Positions 62,894-64,000 of a stretch of DNA of 64,000 nucleotides are shown in pieces. The stretch is from an uncultured Phycisphaerales bacterium (GTDB taxonomy: Bacteria; Planctomycetota; Phycisphaerae; Tepidisphaerales; Tepidisphaeraceae): contig CAVWLP010000003.1 of assembly GCA_963755915.1 (NCBI GenBank), positions 1,120,001 to 1,184,000 on the forward strand. Reading direction: 5' to 3'. The translations under genes and the position numbers were made by a program. How positions within the stretch are numbered: position 1 is the first letter of the stretch; the number at the start of each line of letters is the position of its first letter. Under the pieces are notes generated by a model. The model did no database searches, was not told where the DNA came from, and saw only the letters and a list, made by a program, of their open reading frames with translations.

Positions 62894-63511
62894 CTATCGC
62901 CTTTTGTCCCGCAAGGGAGAAAATCCGAAATGCGCGCGCGATTGGCGAAACTTCAGCAACGCGTACCCCGCAGCCGCGCCGATCAGGCCGGCAATGAAGC
63001 CGAAAGTCGCGTGAAGCCCGGCGGCAAGGAGCAGGTCATCAATATTTCCGGTTGAAAAGAACGCTCCGACGGGATCCAGAAGCCGCTTGATGAAGCAGAT
63101 CAGGTTTCCCGCCAGTCCGGCCGAGGCGAGAACCAGCAGCCATTTCCAACCGGCCAACTTGCGGTGCTCGGCGAATTGGACGGCCATGTCGAGAACCAAA
63201 CCCGCCAGGATGATCAGGGGCGCCATCATAAATCCACCGGAAATTCGGCCGCCGAGGGAGAGGGTCGTCAATGCGGTGGCGAGTGCGCCCGCGGACGCGC
63301 CGGCGCGGGCGTGTGTGACCAATCGTGCGGCTAGAACCGGAGCCATCCAGAATAGCGCTTTATGCCCCGGCAAATGCAGGGGCGTGCGGGCATAGGCGAC
63401 GGCGATGCCGGCCAGGATGCCAACGGCAACGACGGCAAGATATTCGTCCAAAGCCGCGCTATTCCAGAGGGCGCGATTTTTTTCGGTCGACAGGGATCCA
63501 GGCGCGTTCAT
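62894..63511 (-). CDS. Small polytopic membrane protein (ECF S-component-like)
   Basis: PLHLPGH..LFW, about 6 hydrophobic Gly/Ala-rich helices, H..FG. Confidence 0.55.
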   Translation of the reverse strand: MNAPGSLSTEKNRALWNSAALDEYLAVVAVGILAGIAVAYARTPLHLPGHKALFWMAPVLAARLVTHARAGASAGALATALTTLSLGGRISGGFMMAPLIILAGLVLDMAVQFAEHRKLAGWKWLLVLASAGLAGNLICFIKRLLDPVGAFFSTGNIDDLLLAAGLHATFGFIAGLIGAAAGYALLKFRQSRAHFGFSPLRDKRR

Positions 63512-64000
63512 GGTCGCTCCATTCCACAGGCCAGACCGGGCGGCCCCCCACCAGCCTGGGTCTGACCCAGTTCAGCGTTTTATATGGCCCGGGATTATGT
63601 GCAGTTCTCTTGGTTTCCGCTACGCCGACGCCGGCAGGCAAGCGATGATCCACTCGAATGCCGATCCGCGTCAATTCGCAGATGTCCACGACGTCGCCCA
63701 GCATGCGCAGTCCGGGCAGATCGAGGAATCGGCCCTCGTTTCCATCGGCTCTCAAGCCAATGCTGGCGAGTGCGCCGATGATTCCATCGCCGCTGCCTCC
63801 GAGTGGACGGAGAAGGATGCCGCTGGCGCGAGCAAGAGCAATTGCCTGGCTCTGCGTCAGCACCTCGCGCGTGGCGGCCCAGCCCCATTCGACGGCGTCG
63901 GCCGGTACCTCGTCGCGGGCGGCAACGCAGATGCCGGGATCGGACCCTGGTGCGGCCCAGTCGGCGATCAGGTCGATCGCGAAATCCAGTTCTGGCAACG
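63459..64000 (-). CDS. Partial ORF resembling TiaS N-terminal/DUF1743-like proteins
   Basis: GSDPGICVA, GGSGDGIIGALA.IGL...GNEGRF; 5' end lies beyond the window. Confidence 0.5.
   Translation of the reverse strand, partial: LPELDFAIDLIADWAAPGSDPGICVAARDEVPADAVEWGWAATREVLTQSQAIALARASGILLRPLGGSGDGIIGALASIGLRADGNEGRFLDLPGLRMLGDVVDICELTRIGIRVDHRLPAGVGVAETKRTAHNPGPYKTLNWVRPRLVGGRPVWPVEWSDHERAWIPVDRKKSRPLE

Overview
GC-rich bacterial DNA, most likely a planctomycete (Phycisphaerae/Tepidisphaerales-like). This is inferred from the excisionase-HTH/receiver regulator, the DUF1559-type prepilin protein with an H-X9-DG motif, a PEP-CTERM protein and a BlaI/M56 pair. Bases 1-25.9 kb hold mostly core-like genes: an HDOD histidine kinase, rhomboid, rpsD, otsA and an otsB-GH15 fusion, a kinase/regulator/diguanylate cyclase cluster, glutathione peroxidase, a PhoB-like regulator, BlaI/M56 and a glycogen debranching enzyme, plus a RAYT transposase flanked by REP palindromes and an IS1380. 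At tRNA-Arg(ACG) (25920-25993) an integrase/excisionase pair opens an accessory region rich in redox and stress genes. Four features stand out. (i) An ergothioneine module (ABC importer <- -> egtB-egtD-SnoaL-disulfide reductase-MOSC reductase) is bracketed by ~240-bp diverged inverted repeats, one of them split by an IS4. (ii) A palindromic motif recurs upstream of four island transcription units, suggesting a regulon of the resident MEDS/PAS-kinase/FixJ-like system. (iii) A REP > MITE > IS110 nested insertion is present, and the IS110 non-coding end carries short matches to both halves of its own target site (candidate bridge/seek RNA). (iv) There are several MITE/REP families. About 14 genes are broken by single-base indels, several in homopolymers, most likely long-read errors rather than true pseudogenes. 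All calls come from reading the sequence; no searches were run.
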